In this document: in pieces, positions 1-8,867 of the stretch | Layout of the letters: the number at the start of each line of letters is the position of its first letter | Position numbering within the stretch: position 1 is the first letter of the stretch | Origin: Fimbriimonadales bacterium | Lineage (GTDB): Bacteria > Armatimonadota > Fimbriimonadia > Fimbriimonadales > JABRVX01 | Assembly: GCA_045862955.1 (NCBI GenBank) | Contig: BTVI01000016.1 | Coordinates: 1-64,000 of the forward strand | Reading direction: 5' to 3' | DNA length: 64,000 nucleotides | Notes under the pieces: model-generated | The model's input: only the letters and a program-made list of their open reading frames with translations | Told to the model about the DNA's origin: nothing | Database searches by the model: none | Position numbers and translations under genes: made by a program

Positions 1-1230
1 CAGAAGCGCTACGGCTTCTCGGACATCACCCCGATGACATTCGACAACGAGTTCTCGGTGGCCACGTTGAGTGTGCCGGAGATCAACCCGGACATGTTGG
101 AGACGGTTCTGTTCGCGTGCAAGCTGAAGGCACCGCAACGGTTCCGCGTGGACGTGGTGGAGCATGCCACTCTGAACGTGGTGAAGACATGGACTTCTCT
201 GTCCCCTGACGCGGCCGTGACCTACCAGTGGGATGGCACCGACATGTACGGTGCAGGGGTCGAGGACGACACCTACCGCTTCGTCGTGACGTTGATTGAC
301 AAACCCGGCCAGCCCAAGACCAAGCCAAAGCGACTGGAAGTGAGCAGGGTTGGTCTGGGCCAGGCAAGAGCGATACTAGTGAACGCCATCGACCACCAGG
401 ACGCACACAACACTGGGTACAAGCAGGTTGCGGCAATTAGAGAGGCTTGTAGAGCTATCGGGCTCTCGTTCAAGGTGTTCAACCCAGGGAATGCATACTG
501 GGAAGACTACGGCCCTAACGGCTCCATTCCGGGCATCAAGTCCTGGATCCTGTCAGGCGGCTCGGGTGGCGCCCGGCTCCTGTACATAAACGCCCACGGA
601 CATCACTGGGTCCACGAAGAGGGTCCGAGAATATGGGGCACGTCCTTTGGGGTCCAGGTGGCGCCGCCGAATCCGCGGACTCCGCTGAGCGACAGGGCCT
701 GGGCGAGCATCACCAAGGGGTACCTGGACACCTTGGGTATCCCTCCCACAAAGTACCGCTTGGTGTGGATTGATGCCTGTGGAAGTGGTCGGCGCAACGC
801 GGGGCTATACGCGAACCTGGAGCATCCTCATTCGTGGCGATACGTTAACAATACCTACACGAACGACCTTGCGTCTGGTTTCGGGCTGCCCAATCCGGAG
901 GCATACCCCGAAAAGGCCTGTTACTACATGGGCTACTATGGCACTGCGTACATCAACTGGAACTATCTGCGGATGGTCCAGCTTTTCTTCCAGAAGTTCT
1001 CAGAGAACCTCGGTCAGTCATGGACCGTGGGACAAGTTATGTCGTCGCTCTCGACAGAGCCTGACGTCATCAACGAGTTCGATGGCCCGCCATTCGTTGC
1101 GGCAGATGAGCAAGGCTATGTGTGGCTTCGGAAGTCGCCGCCTTACTATAACATTCGTGTATTCACCAACAATTGGTACGGGACCGGCCCAAACTACGAC
1201 GGCCTCGAGATGGCCGACCTGAAAAGGTAG
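1..1230 (+). CDS. 5'-truncated protein: FlgD-like Ig domain plus putative caspase/clan-CD cysteine protease-like C-terminal domain
   Basis: Frame is open from base 1 (QKRYGFSDITPMTF...). YQWDGTDMYGAGVEDDTYRFVV resembles the FlgD Ig motif. LLYINAHG...LVWIDAC resembles the His-Gly / Ala-Cys dyad. Confidence 0.6.
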   Translation, partial: QKRYGFSDITPMTFDNEFSVATLSVPEINPDMLETVLFACKLKAPQRFRVDVVEHATLNVVKTWTSLSPDAAVTYQWDGTDMYGAGVEDDTYRFVVTLIDKPGQPKTKPKRLEVSRVGLGQARAILVNAIDHQDAHNTGYKQVAAIREACRAIGLSFKVFNPGNAYWEDYGPNGSIPGIKSWILSGGSGGARLLYINAHGHHWVHEEGPRIWGTSFGVQVAPPNPRTPLSDRAWASITKGYLDTLGIPPTKYRLVWIDACGSGRRNAGLYANLEHPHSWRYVNNTYTNDLASGFGLPNPEAYPEKACYYMGYYGTAYINWNYLRMVQLFFQKFSENLGQSWTVGQVMSSLSTEPDVINEFDGPPFVAADEQGYVWLRKSPPYYNIRVFTNNWYGTGPNYDGLEMADLKR

Positions 1231-2034
1231 GTGTCCATTGTGGTTGCTTTGATACGCAAACCAGCGGTGAGCGCAGGAGTTGCACTCCTTGCGATTACGG
1301 GCGTGTACATGATGCTCGGTAGAGACGACCGTGCAGCGACACCCGCGGACGACGGGCGTCCCGTCGGTCCGTTGGTGCCCGAAGCTCTCCTCCCGTCGGA
1401 CCCGGCGTGGTTTCTGATGTCGAACCGGTTGGCTACCCGAGAAGACAATCCCCCCGCGGTCCACTTACTTGGCATAGCTCTCCGGGAACCCGTCACGTAT
1501 CCACGTCGGCATCCACCAAAAGGGGTCCAGGAGAGTCCACTGCCTGCAGAGCCTTTTTCGGTTGGTCTGGATGACGGCCGAGTGCTCCTGGCAGACGAGA
1601 TGCCCCTGATTACGGGAGGAGGGACCGCTGCTGCCAAGTTATATGCGCTCCTCCGCGCGACGGTGCCACGGTCGGTCTCATATCAGCCTGGCACAGAGTG
1701 GGAACTGTGCATCACCCCATCGGAGCGATTTCGCCTAGGTGCCGTCAGCTGGCGTCCGCTTGCGGTCTGGAGTGAGGAGCCACGTGGTTGGCAGGCACGG
1801 ACCTCTTTCACTGAGGAGGTGGCCCGGAGGATAAGCCAAGCCTTGGCGATGACGCGAAACGTCCATCTGGTTAGGGAGAGCAGAAAGTGGGGTCTGCCTG
1901 ATACATACGAAAATGCTCCTGCGAGGCGGTATCGTACATCCTGGCCTCCATGCAAAGTGACTCTAGATCCTCCGAGTAGAGATCAGGCTTGTGTCCCTCG
2001 ACGACTGGGATCCCGGCTACTTCATGCGGACTGA
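1231..2034 (+). CDS. Hypothetical N-terminally anchored protein, possibly frameshifted and continuing to 2221
   Basis: GTG directly after the upstream TAG; hydrophobic N-terminus AGVALLAITGVYMML; the C-terminal end looks off-frame. Confidence 0.45.
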   Translation: MSIVVALIRKPAVSAGVALLAITGVYMMLGRDDRAATPADDGRPVGPLVPEALLPSDPAWFLMSNRLATREDNPPAVHLLGIALREPVTYPRRHPPKGVQESPLPAEPFSVGLDDGRVLLADEMPLITGGGTAAAKLYALLRATVPRSVSYQPGTEWELCITPSERFRLGAVSWRPLAVWSEEPRGWQARTSFTEEVARRISQALAMTRNVHLVRESRKWGLPDTYENAPARRYRTSWPPCKVTLDPPSRDQACVPRRLGSRLLHAD

Positions 2035-2221
2035 CACTAGCGCGGCTTATCCCGGGAAGCTACCAGTTCAAGCGTATTACGTAACGCCCCAGCCCCGACT
2101 CGTTGACCAAGCGATCCTCGAACCGCAACACTTGCATGACGACATCGTGCAGGTGAGGCTCAGGCTTGCAGACACCAAGCTCTGGTTCAATGCCGGCATC
2201 GTGCCGCTGAGGTATTCGTAA
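1991..2221 (+). pseudogene. Probable out-of-frame C-terminal fragment of the 1231 gene, or a small separate CDS
   Basis: Frame is open from 1967 (ILRVEIRLVSLDDWDPGYF...), overlaps the end of the upstream ORF, and has no clear RBS. Confidence 0.35.
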
Positions 2222-2257
2222 CACGCGAGCCTTCGGGGACGCCGACAGCCCGCGCTC

Positions 2258-2665
2258 CTACCTCTGCTTCCGGAATGGCTCGGGTAGGAGGGAGTTGAGG
2301 GCGAAGACGCGGGCGGTCGGGTTGGGGCCGTCCGAATAGACGCGAAGCGGGATGTCGGGCGCGGCAGCATGCTCCGAGATCACCTGTAGGCACGCTCCGC
2401 ACGGCAGGGCTCCGTTCGATGTCACCACTGCCAGCTCGGCCACCTTCCGTCCGCCTGCGGCAACCATCGCGGCGACGGCATTGCGCTCGGCGCACACCGT
2501 CAGACCGGAGCTGGCGTTCTCCACGTTGCACCCCACATGCACTCGCCCCTCCGTGTCCAGCACCGCCGCACCCACCGGGTAGCTCGAATAGGGGCAGTAG
2601 GCGTGCTTACGTGCGGCGGTGGCGGCAGCTAGCATCCGTTCGGCCATCTCGCCCTCGATCACCAT
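2258..2665 (-). CDS. cdd: Cytidine deaminase (homotetrameric type)
   Basis: AYCPYSSYPVGAA, GCNVEN, CAERNA and PCGAC zinc motifs; GAGGTG RBS before ATG 2665. Confidence 0.93.
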   Translation of the reverse strand: MVIEGEMAERMLAAATAARKHAYCPYSSYPVGAAVLDTEGRVHVGCNVENASSGLTVCAERNAVAAMVAAGGRKVAELAVVTSNGALPCGACLQVISEHAAAPDIPLRVYSDGPNPTARVFALNSLLPEPFRKQR

Positions 2666-2686
2666 TAGCACCTCTCGTTCGATACC

Positions 2687-2924
2687 ATGCGGAGTGCATG
2701 CTTCCGCAGCTCCCGCTCCGGAGGCCGTACGCCACACCCCCTACACGGACCGCCTCCACAGCATGAGGAGGGTGGGTCAGTGATGAGGTCAGCGCCTCTT
2801 GCCGCATGGATTCCGCATCCATCTGTCAGTGTTCTGAACCCGACCCCCACCCCAACCCTCCCCCTTCCGCTTCGCTCCAAGGGGAGGGAGCTCACAGTGG
2901 CCTACCCTCCAGGAGCTGTGGAGG
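2687..2924. repeat. Mosaic of interleaved REP-like inverted repeats
   Basis: IR pairs 2687-2701/2804-2818 and 2753-2778/2899-2924 (20/26 identical), plus hairpin CCCCACCCCAACCCTCCCCCTT...AAGGGGAGGGAG at 2844-2890. Confidence 0.65.
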
Positions 2925-2987
2925 TATGGGAATGGGCGTCGCTCACGCCGTGGCCCTCTATCGCTCCATCATCAGCATTGTCGGCTC

Positions 2988-5330
2988 CTACCGCTTCAGC
3001 TCCGCGATCGTCACTCCCTCGCCGCCCTCGGACGCAGCTCCGAGTCGGAACCCAGCTACCCCTGGACAGCGGTCTAGGAACTCGTGCACCAGCTTCCGCA
3101 GCGTACCCGTACCCTTGCCGTGCACGATGCGCACCCTGTCCAGCCCAGCCAGCAGTGCGTCGTCCATGTACCGCTCCAGCTCCTCCAGTGCATCCTCCGC
3201 CCGCATCTTCCGAAGGTGCAGCTCCGGCGAGATGTCCACGGCCCGGCGAAGCGCCAGGCGGCTCGTGCCGGTCGGCCGGGCCGGCTTCTTCGGTTCTTCC
3301 ACCACCTCGAGGTCGTCCAGCCCCACGGTCAGCTTGAGCGCACCGACCTGCACCTGCACCCGTCCATCCGCAGGGTCCGACACCACGCGCCCCGTCTGGC
3401 CGTACGACCTCACACGGACCGTGTCACCCTTTGCGGCCGTGCGGCCCACGGCCGGTGGCGCCGGCGCCTCCTCCATCTCTTCTACGAACTCTCGCGCCAC
3501 GGCATCCAGGGCCTTCAGGTCCGCACGCGCCTTCTCGGTCTCGCGGCTAGGGGCCGCCGCGGTGCGCAGCTTCTCGAACAAGCGCTCGGCCTCGGCGCGC
3601 AGCTCTCTGCGGATTGCCTCCATCTGCTCTGCCACGCTCTCCCTAGCCTTGCGTCGGGCCTCATCTGCCTCGCGAATGCGCTCTCGAAGCGCGCGCCGCT
3701 CTTCCTGCAGCTCCTTGGAGAGCCTCTCCGCGTCCGCGCGAGCCGTGTCAGCCTGCTTCTGCGCCAGGTCCAGCTTCTCGAGCATTTTCATCACTTCTTG
3801 TTGGCCGACCGACAATCCGGCCCTGGCCTCCTCCAGGATCTCGGCGGGGATGCCGTAGCGCTGGGCGATGGTGAGAGCGTGACTGGCACCCGGAATGCCG
3901 ATGCGCAGGCGGAACGTGGGCCGCAGCGACTCCACGTCGAACTCCATCGAGGCATTCTGCATGCCGTCCGTGTTGTACGCGAAGGCTTTCAACTCGCCGT
4001 AATGGGTGCTGCAGAGCGTTAGCGCTCCGACCCGGAGCAGGTGGTTCAGAATGGATTTTGCGAGCGCCGCACCTTCCGTCGGGTCGGTGCCGGCGCCGAT
4101 CTCGTCCAACAGCACGAGTGCCCCCGGCTCGACCGAATTCAGCATTCGCTGGATGTTCCTAAGGTGCGCGCTGAAGGTGGAGAGCGACTGCTGAAGGCTC
4201 TGCTCGTCCCCGATGTCCGCCCAGATCTGTGGGAACACGCTGAGCACCGCATCAGCGGCAGGAACATGGAGCCCACACTGACTCATCGCAGCCGCCAACC
4301 CAGCGAGCTTCAGCGCCACCGTCTTGCCGCCCGTGTTGGGTCCCGTAATGAGCAGGCAACGATAGCCCTGTCCAACGTCCAGGTCGGTGGCTACCACTTC
4401 GTCGGGCGAGATAAGAGGATGCCTGGCCTGCCTCAGACTGAGCCTGGGCGTTTCACTGATCCTCGGGGGAACGCAGCGTAGATCGAGTGACAGGCGGGCC
4501 TTCGCCAATATGAGGTCGAGCTCCTCGCACGCGGCCAGCGAGTCGAGAATCTCGTCCGCTCGCGTTCCGACCAACCCCGAGAGCTCTCGAAGAATGCGCT
4601 CGGTCTCGTGGCGCTCTTGCGCTTGCACCTCGCGAATCTCGTTACCGATGGCCACGACCTCTTCCGGCTCCACGAACACGGTCATGCCCGTCGCGCTGGT
4701 ATCGTGAACGATGCCGCGCACCGCGCCCTTGTGGTCGGCGCGCACCGGCAGACACCACCGACCCGACCGTTGCGTGACCACCGCGTCGGATAGCACCTCT
4801 CGATAGCGGTTGCACAGTGCTTGCATCCGCTCGGTGGCTCTTGCTGTCAACACGGCTTTCCGGGAGCGCAGCCGGCCCAGCTCCGCGCTGGCGGAATCCT
4901 TCACCTGTCCATCCGGCAGCACCGTTTCCGAGATGCGCCGCTCCAGATCGGGCTGTGGGACGATGCGCTTCGCGCGCGCGGCGAGGGTCGGCGCCACCGC
5001 GCTCTTGCCCATGAAGTAGGCGTGAGCCTTCCGCGCAGTCATAAGGGTCTCGTAGATGCGGAACAGCACGTCTCCCGGAACCTGCATGCCTCGTCGGGCG
5101 CCATCCACCGCCGTACCGACGTCCCGAAGGCCGGAAAACGATGCCACGACATCTGTCTCCAGCAGACGACGGGCTTCCGATGTCTCTTCCAGTAGCCGCT
5201 GCACCTGGCCGGGGTCCGACCGCGGCTCCAGGGCCCTGGCAGCGTTGGCCGCCGCCTCGGTCTCGCAGCGTTCAGCGAGCATGTCGAGCACGAGGGCAAA
5301 CTCGATGGCCTTCAGAGCATGAGGGTCCAC
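2988..5330 (-). CDS. mutS2: Endonuclease MutS2
   Basis: TGPNTGGKT, DIGDEQS, LLDEIGAGTDP and THY motifs; C-terminal Smr domain (IVHGKGTGTLR). Confidence 0.96.
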   Translation of the reverse strand: MDPHALKAIEFALVLDMLAERCETEAAANAARALEPRSDPGQVQRLLEETSEARRLLETDVVASFSGLRDVGTAVDGARRGMQVPGDVLFRIYETLMTARKAHAYFMGKSAVAPTLAARAKRIVPQPDLERRISETVLPDGQVKDSASAELGRLRSRKAVLTARATERMQALCNRYREVLSDAVVTQRSGRWCLPVRADHKGAVRGIVHDTSATGMTVFVEPEEVVAIGNEIREVQAQERHETERILRELSGLVGTRADEILDSLAACEELDLILAKARLSLDLRCVPPRISETPRLSLRQARHPLISPDEVVATDLDVGQGYRCLLITGPNTGGKTVALKLAGLAAAMSQCGLHVPAADAVLSVFPQIWADIGDEQSLQQSLSTFSAHLRNIQRMLNSVEPGALVLLDEIGAGTDPTEGAALAKSILNHLLRVGALTLCSTHYGELKAFAYNTDGMQNASMEFDVESLRPTFRLRIGIPGASHALTIAQRYGIPAEILEEARAGLSVGQQEVMKMLEKLDLAQKQADTARADAERLSKELQEERRALRERIREADEARRKARESVAEQMEAIRRELRAEAERLFEKLRTAAAPSRETEKARADLKALDAVAREFVEEMEEAPAPPAVGRTAAKGDTVRVRSYGQTGRVVSDPADGRVQVQVGALKLTVGLDDLEVVEEPKKPARPTGTSRLALRRAVDISPELHLRKMRAEDALEELERYMDDALLAGLDRVRIVHGKGTGTLRKLVHEFLDRCPGVAGFRLGAASEGGEGVTIAELKR

Positions 5331-5362
5331 GGCGGGATTGTACCAATCGGGCCGAGAACGAG

Positions 5363-6562
5363 CTACCGGCCCAGGATCGGGATCACGGCATCCAGGACGC
5401 GTTCAGCCACCTCACGTTTCGATAGCAGCGGCAACTCTTCCGTCCTACCGTCCTTGAACAGCAAGGTTACGCGGTTGGTGTCTGTGTCGAAGCCCGAGTG
5501 CATGTCGGTGATATCGTTGGCGACGATCAGGTCCAGCCCCTTGGCAGCCAGTTTGTGTCGGGCGTTCTTCGCTAGGTCGTCGCTCTCGGCAGCGAACCCG
5601 ACCAACACCTGCCGGTCCTTGACAGCGGCCAACCCCGCGATGATGTCCTCGTTCGGCTCCAGCGAGAGACTGATTGCGGTGTCCCCCCGCTTGATCTTGC
5701 GCCCCGACACCTTCTTCGGGCGGAAGTCGGCCACCGCAGCAGCGCCGACGAACAGGTCGCAGTAGGGAAACACGTCACGAGCAGCGCGTGCCATATCGGC
5801 TGCCGTCTCCACGTGCTGTGTTTCGGCACCGGGTGGGTCGGGCAGGGAAGTGGGTCCGGTGATCAGGGTGACCTTCGCACCGCGATCCAGCGCCGCCCGT
5901 GCTAGTGCATGTCCCATCTTGCCGGAGGAGCGATTTCCGATGAACCGCACCGGATCGATCGGCTCGCGCGTGGGTCCGGAGGTGATCACGACGTGCAGCC
6001 CTGCCATGGACATACCCGTGCCCAGTGCCGCCAGAGCCTCCTCCACGATGGCTTCCACCGATGCCAGCTTGCCCTCTCCCACTTCGCCACAGGCAACGGT
6101 ACCACTCTCGGGCATGACGAAGCGCACACCACGCTCCTGCAACGTGCGAACGTGCGCTTGCACCGCCGGGTGACTCCACATGCTCGGGTTCATGGCAGGT
6201 GCCACCACCACTGGACCCTGATAGGCGAGATACATGGCACCTACCAAGTCGTCAGCTAGTCCCAGCGCCATCTTGGCCAGTGTGTGAGCACTAGCAGGCG
6301 CGCACAAGAACAGGTTGGCCTCCCTCGCCAAGTCGATGTGTGCCATGCCGCCGGGCCTCGGCTCCTCGAACATGTCATGTACCGCGGGCCTACCGGTTAG
6401 CCACGTGAACAGCTCGGGTGTGACGAAGTGTCGAGCTGCACGTGTCAGCACACATTGAACGCCGAACCCCGAGCGCATCAGCTCCCGCGCGACATCCGCT
6501 GCACGATAGGCGGAGATGCTACCGGTCACGCACAGCAGTACCACGCCTCGGTCAGTCTCCAC
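5363..6562 (-). CDS. coaBC: Bifunctional phosphopantothenoylcysteine decarboxylase/ligase
   Basis: TGSISAYR, APAMNPSMW, GPTREPIDPVRFIGNRSSGKMG, VGFAAE. Confidence 0.96.
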   Translation of the reverse strand: METDRGVVLLCVTGSISAYRAADVARELMRSGFGVQCVLTRAARHFVTPELFTWLTGRPAVHDMFEEPRPGGMAHIDLAREANLFLCAPASAHTLAKMALGLADDLVGAMYLAYQGPVVVAPAMNPSMWSHPAVQAHVRTLQERGVRFVMPESGTVACGEVGEGKLASVEAIVEEALAALGTGMSMAGLHVVITSGPTREPIDPVRFIGNRSSGKMGHALARAALDRGAKVTLITGPTSLPDPPGAETQHVETAADMARAARDVFPYCDLFVGAAAVADFRPKKVSGRKIKRGDTAISLSLEPNEDIIAGLAAVKDRQVLVGFAAESDDLAKNARHKLAAKGLDLIVANDITDMHSGFDTDTNRVTLLFKDGRTEELPLLSKREVAERVLDAVIPILGR

Positions 6563-7121
6563 GGCTGGACCTCGCTTCCGTCACGATCGCGTCCACCTCG
6601 GCCACTGCACGCTGCAGATCGTCGTTCACTACCACATGTTCGTAGTGGGCAGACGCCTCCATCTCGCGCCGCGCATTCTCCAGTCGAAGGCGAATGGCCT
6701 CCTCGCTATCCGTAGCACGCTCGCGGATTCGACGCTCCAGTTCCTCCCACGAAGGCGGCGCGAGGAAGATGGTTAGCGCTTCCGGCCTCGCTGCCTTAAC
6801 GGTTGCACCACCCTGCACGTCGATCTTCAGCACGGCGATCAGGCGGTTCTTCACCAACTCGTCTGTCTCACCAGCTGGCGCACCGTAGAAGTTGCCATGC
6901 ACGCTCTTGAACTCCAGCAACTCCCCCGAAGCGGCGCGCTTCTGAAACTCCAGCGTGTCTAGGAAGGTGTAGTCCACGCCGTCGCGCTCGCCGGGCCTCG
7001 GCTGTCGTGTAGTACATGTGACGACCCTGCGGACATCAGGGTTTCGCTTCTGCCACTCGGTAATGACGGTGTCTTTGCCGACTCCCGAGGGTCCTGACAG
7101 TATCACGATCAACCCTCTCAT
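6552..7121 (-). CDS. gmk: Guanylate kinase
   Basis: SGPSGVGKDT, TTRQPRPGERDGVDY, IDVQGG. Confidence 0.96.
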   Translation of the reverse strand: MRGLIVILSGPSGVGKDTVITEWQKRNPDVRRVVTCTTRQPRPGERDGVDYTFLDTLEFQKRAASGELLEFKSVHGNFYGAPAGETDELVKNRLIAVLKIDVQGGATVKAARPEALTIFLAPPSWEELERRIRERATDSEEAIRLRLENARREMEASAHYEHVVVNDDLQRAVAEVDAIVTEARSSRGD

Positions 7122-8395
7122 CGCTTCGCACCTCCCACTCGCAGGATCGCCTCGGTTAGTCTCACCGGATCATGACGTACCACGTCCGTCTCGGAAATGA
7201 AATCTCCTACCACGGGCTTCAGCCCCATTGCACGCAATCGGTCGGCGTCCGGCACCACCAGTTCCTGGTTGGACGCGCGATACTTCTCGATAAGCGCCTC
7301 GCCCGGGATGGCCTTGTTTACGATCACGTACTGAAACACATGCCGTCCGGTGTGGGCTTCTATTGCGCGCACGTGATCCGCAGCTGTAAATCCATCGGAC
7401 TCACCGGGCTGCGTCATCACGTTGCATGCGTATACCTTCACGGCCTTCGAAGCCGCGATCGCATCGGTCATGCCGCGCACCAGCAGGTTGGGTATCACGC
7501 TCGTATATACGCTGCCAGGACCGATTACGATGATGTCGGCGTTGCGTATCGCCTCCAGCGCCTCCTCCAGCGGCGGCGGGTCCGCAGGAACGAGCGACAC
7601 CTTCCGGATTCGTAGCGGCGACTCCACGATGGCGGTCTCGCCGTCGATCAGCGACCCATCTTCCATCTCGGCTCGCAGCGTGACGTGCGCGAGCGTGGAC
7701 GGCAGCACCATCCCACGGATGTTTAAGACCTCGTACAGCTTCTTGATACCCTTCTCGAAATCTCCCTCGATGTCCGCCATCGCCGCGATGAGCAGATTGC
7801 CGATGGAGTGCCCGGCCATCCCACCACCGCGCTGGTCGAATCGGTGCTGAAAGAGGGCGGTCATCGCCGGCTCCGCATCAGCCAGCGCAACCAGGCAGTT
7901 GCGGATGTCGCCCGGGGGGATCATCCCCATCTCGCGGCGCAGCAGTCCCGAATGGCCGCCGTCGTCTGCCACGGTCACGATAGCCGTGATGTTCGAGGTG
8001 CGCTGCTTGAGACCGCGCAGCAGGGTCGAGAGACCCGTGCCGCCGCCTATCACGACCACGCGCGGGCCAGAAAGGAGACTGCGCTTGCGAACATAGGCGT
8101 CCATAACGCGGCCTTCCATTTTCGGATTAATCACCCGCGTGAGCCCGCGAAACGCCTGTCGGAAAGAGTGAACCAGAAGCCCCAGGCCGACCACAGCCAG
8201 CAGCACCGCTACCACGCCCCGCACCGCGGGCAGGTCCTGCACGGAGGCAAACCCGAGCAGAGCGCGGTCCGTTCCTTCTGCCAGCCTCTGAACGAATCCG
8301 CTAAGAGCCGCACCGAACCCCACTACGATCGCGGCGAACAGAACGGCCAAGCCTAACGCCGTAAAGGCCCAAATGCTCAGTATCCGAGCTGACAA
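7118..8395 (-). CDS. yvcK: YvcK/GlmR-family gluconeogenesis factor with N-terminal TM segments
   Basis: IGGGTGLSTLLRGLK, VTVADDGGHSG, PPGDIRNCL, GPGSVYTSVIPNL, NVMTQPGE. Confidence 0.9.
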   Translation of the reverse strand: MSARILSIWAFTALGLAVLFAAIVVGFGAALSGFVQRLAEGTDRALLGFASVQDLPAVRGVVAVLLAVVGLGLLVHSFRQAFRGLTRVINPKMEGRVMDAYVRKRSLLSGPRVVVIGGGTGLSTLLRGLKQRTSNITAIVTVADDGGHSGLLRREMGMIPPGDIRNCLVALADAEPAMTALFQHRFDQRGGGMAGHSIGNLLIAAMADIEGDFEKGIKKLYEVLNIRGMVLPSTLAHVTLRAEMEDGSLIDGETAIVESPLRIRKVSLVPADPPPLEEALEAIRNADIIVIGPGSVYTSVIPNLLVRGMTDAIAASKAVKVYACNVMTQPGESDGFTAADHVRAIEAHTGRHVFQYVIVNKAIPGEALIEKYRASNQELVVPDADRLRAMGLKPVVGDFISETDVVRHDPVRLTEAILRVGGAKR

Positions 8396-8404
8396 GGGAC
8401 CGTC

Positions 8405-8773
8405 TTACTCCTTCCTGTCGGGAAGCAAGAAGCCGAGTGCCGTGCTGAGAACGGACACGCACAGCGTGCCGAACAGCGCTCCCCAGAAGGTCGCTACTTC
8501 GAGGCCCAGCCCCAGATGCCCTACCCAATAGAAGAGCGCAACGTTGATCAGCAACGTCGAGAGGCCGAGAGTAGCGCAGTGCATCGGCAGGGTCAGCAGC
8601 CTGAGCACCGGCAACACTAATGCGTTGATGAGCCCGACTAGCAATCCTGCGAGCGGTAGCTTCCACACCGCTTGCTCCGTCAGGTCTAGCCCCACCTTCA
8701 GCTGCTCGCCCAGCAGTCCGGTCAAGAGCAGAGCCACCGAGATCAGAGCCCAACGCCAGATCAGGTTTCGCAC
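8405..8773 (-). CDS. YvlD / phage holin-family (4 TM) membrane protein
   Basis: GLINALVLPVLRLLTLP...TLGLSTLLINV signature; GGAGG RBS before GTG 8773. Confidence 0.85.
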   Translation of the reverse strand: MRNLIWRWALISVALLLTGLLGEQLKVGLDLTEQAVWKLPLAGLLVGLINALVLPVLRLLTLPMHCATLGLSTLLINVALFYWVGHLGLGLEVATFWGALFGTLCVSVLSTALGFLLPDRKE

Positions 8774-8827
8774 GACGCCTCCCAGCCCGTATTCTAGCCA
8801 AACCTTCTGCAGAGTGTCCAGTATCGT

Positions 8828-8857
8828 TTGACACTCCGCTCGGCTCCGGGTTATAGT
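8828..8857 (+). promoter_or_regulatory. Sigma-70-type promoter for mutS
   Basis: TTGACA-N18-TATAGT, 10 nt before the ATG at 8868. Confidence 0.7.
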
Positions 8858-8867
8858 CACCGCGCCC

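Noticed and set aside
2664..2700. CIRCE-like TTAGCAC...GAGTGC
   Set aside because: Spacing and arms do not fit TTAGCACTC-N9-GAGTGCTAA, and it is not upstream of a chaperone.
8405..8773. Prophage signal from a holin-family gene
   Set aside because: YvlD-like proteins are common chromosomal genes near yvcK, and no phage genes are present.
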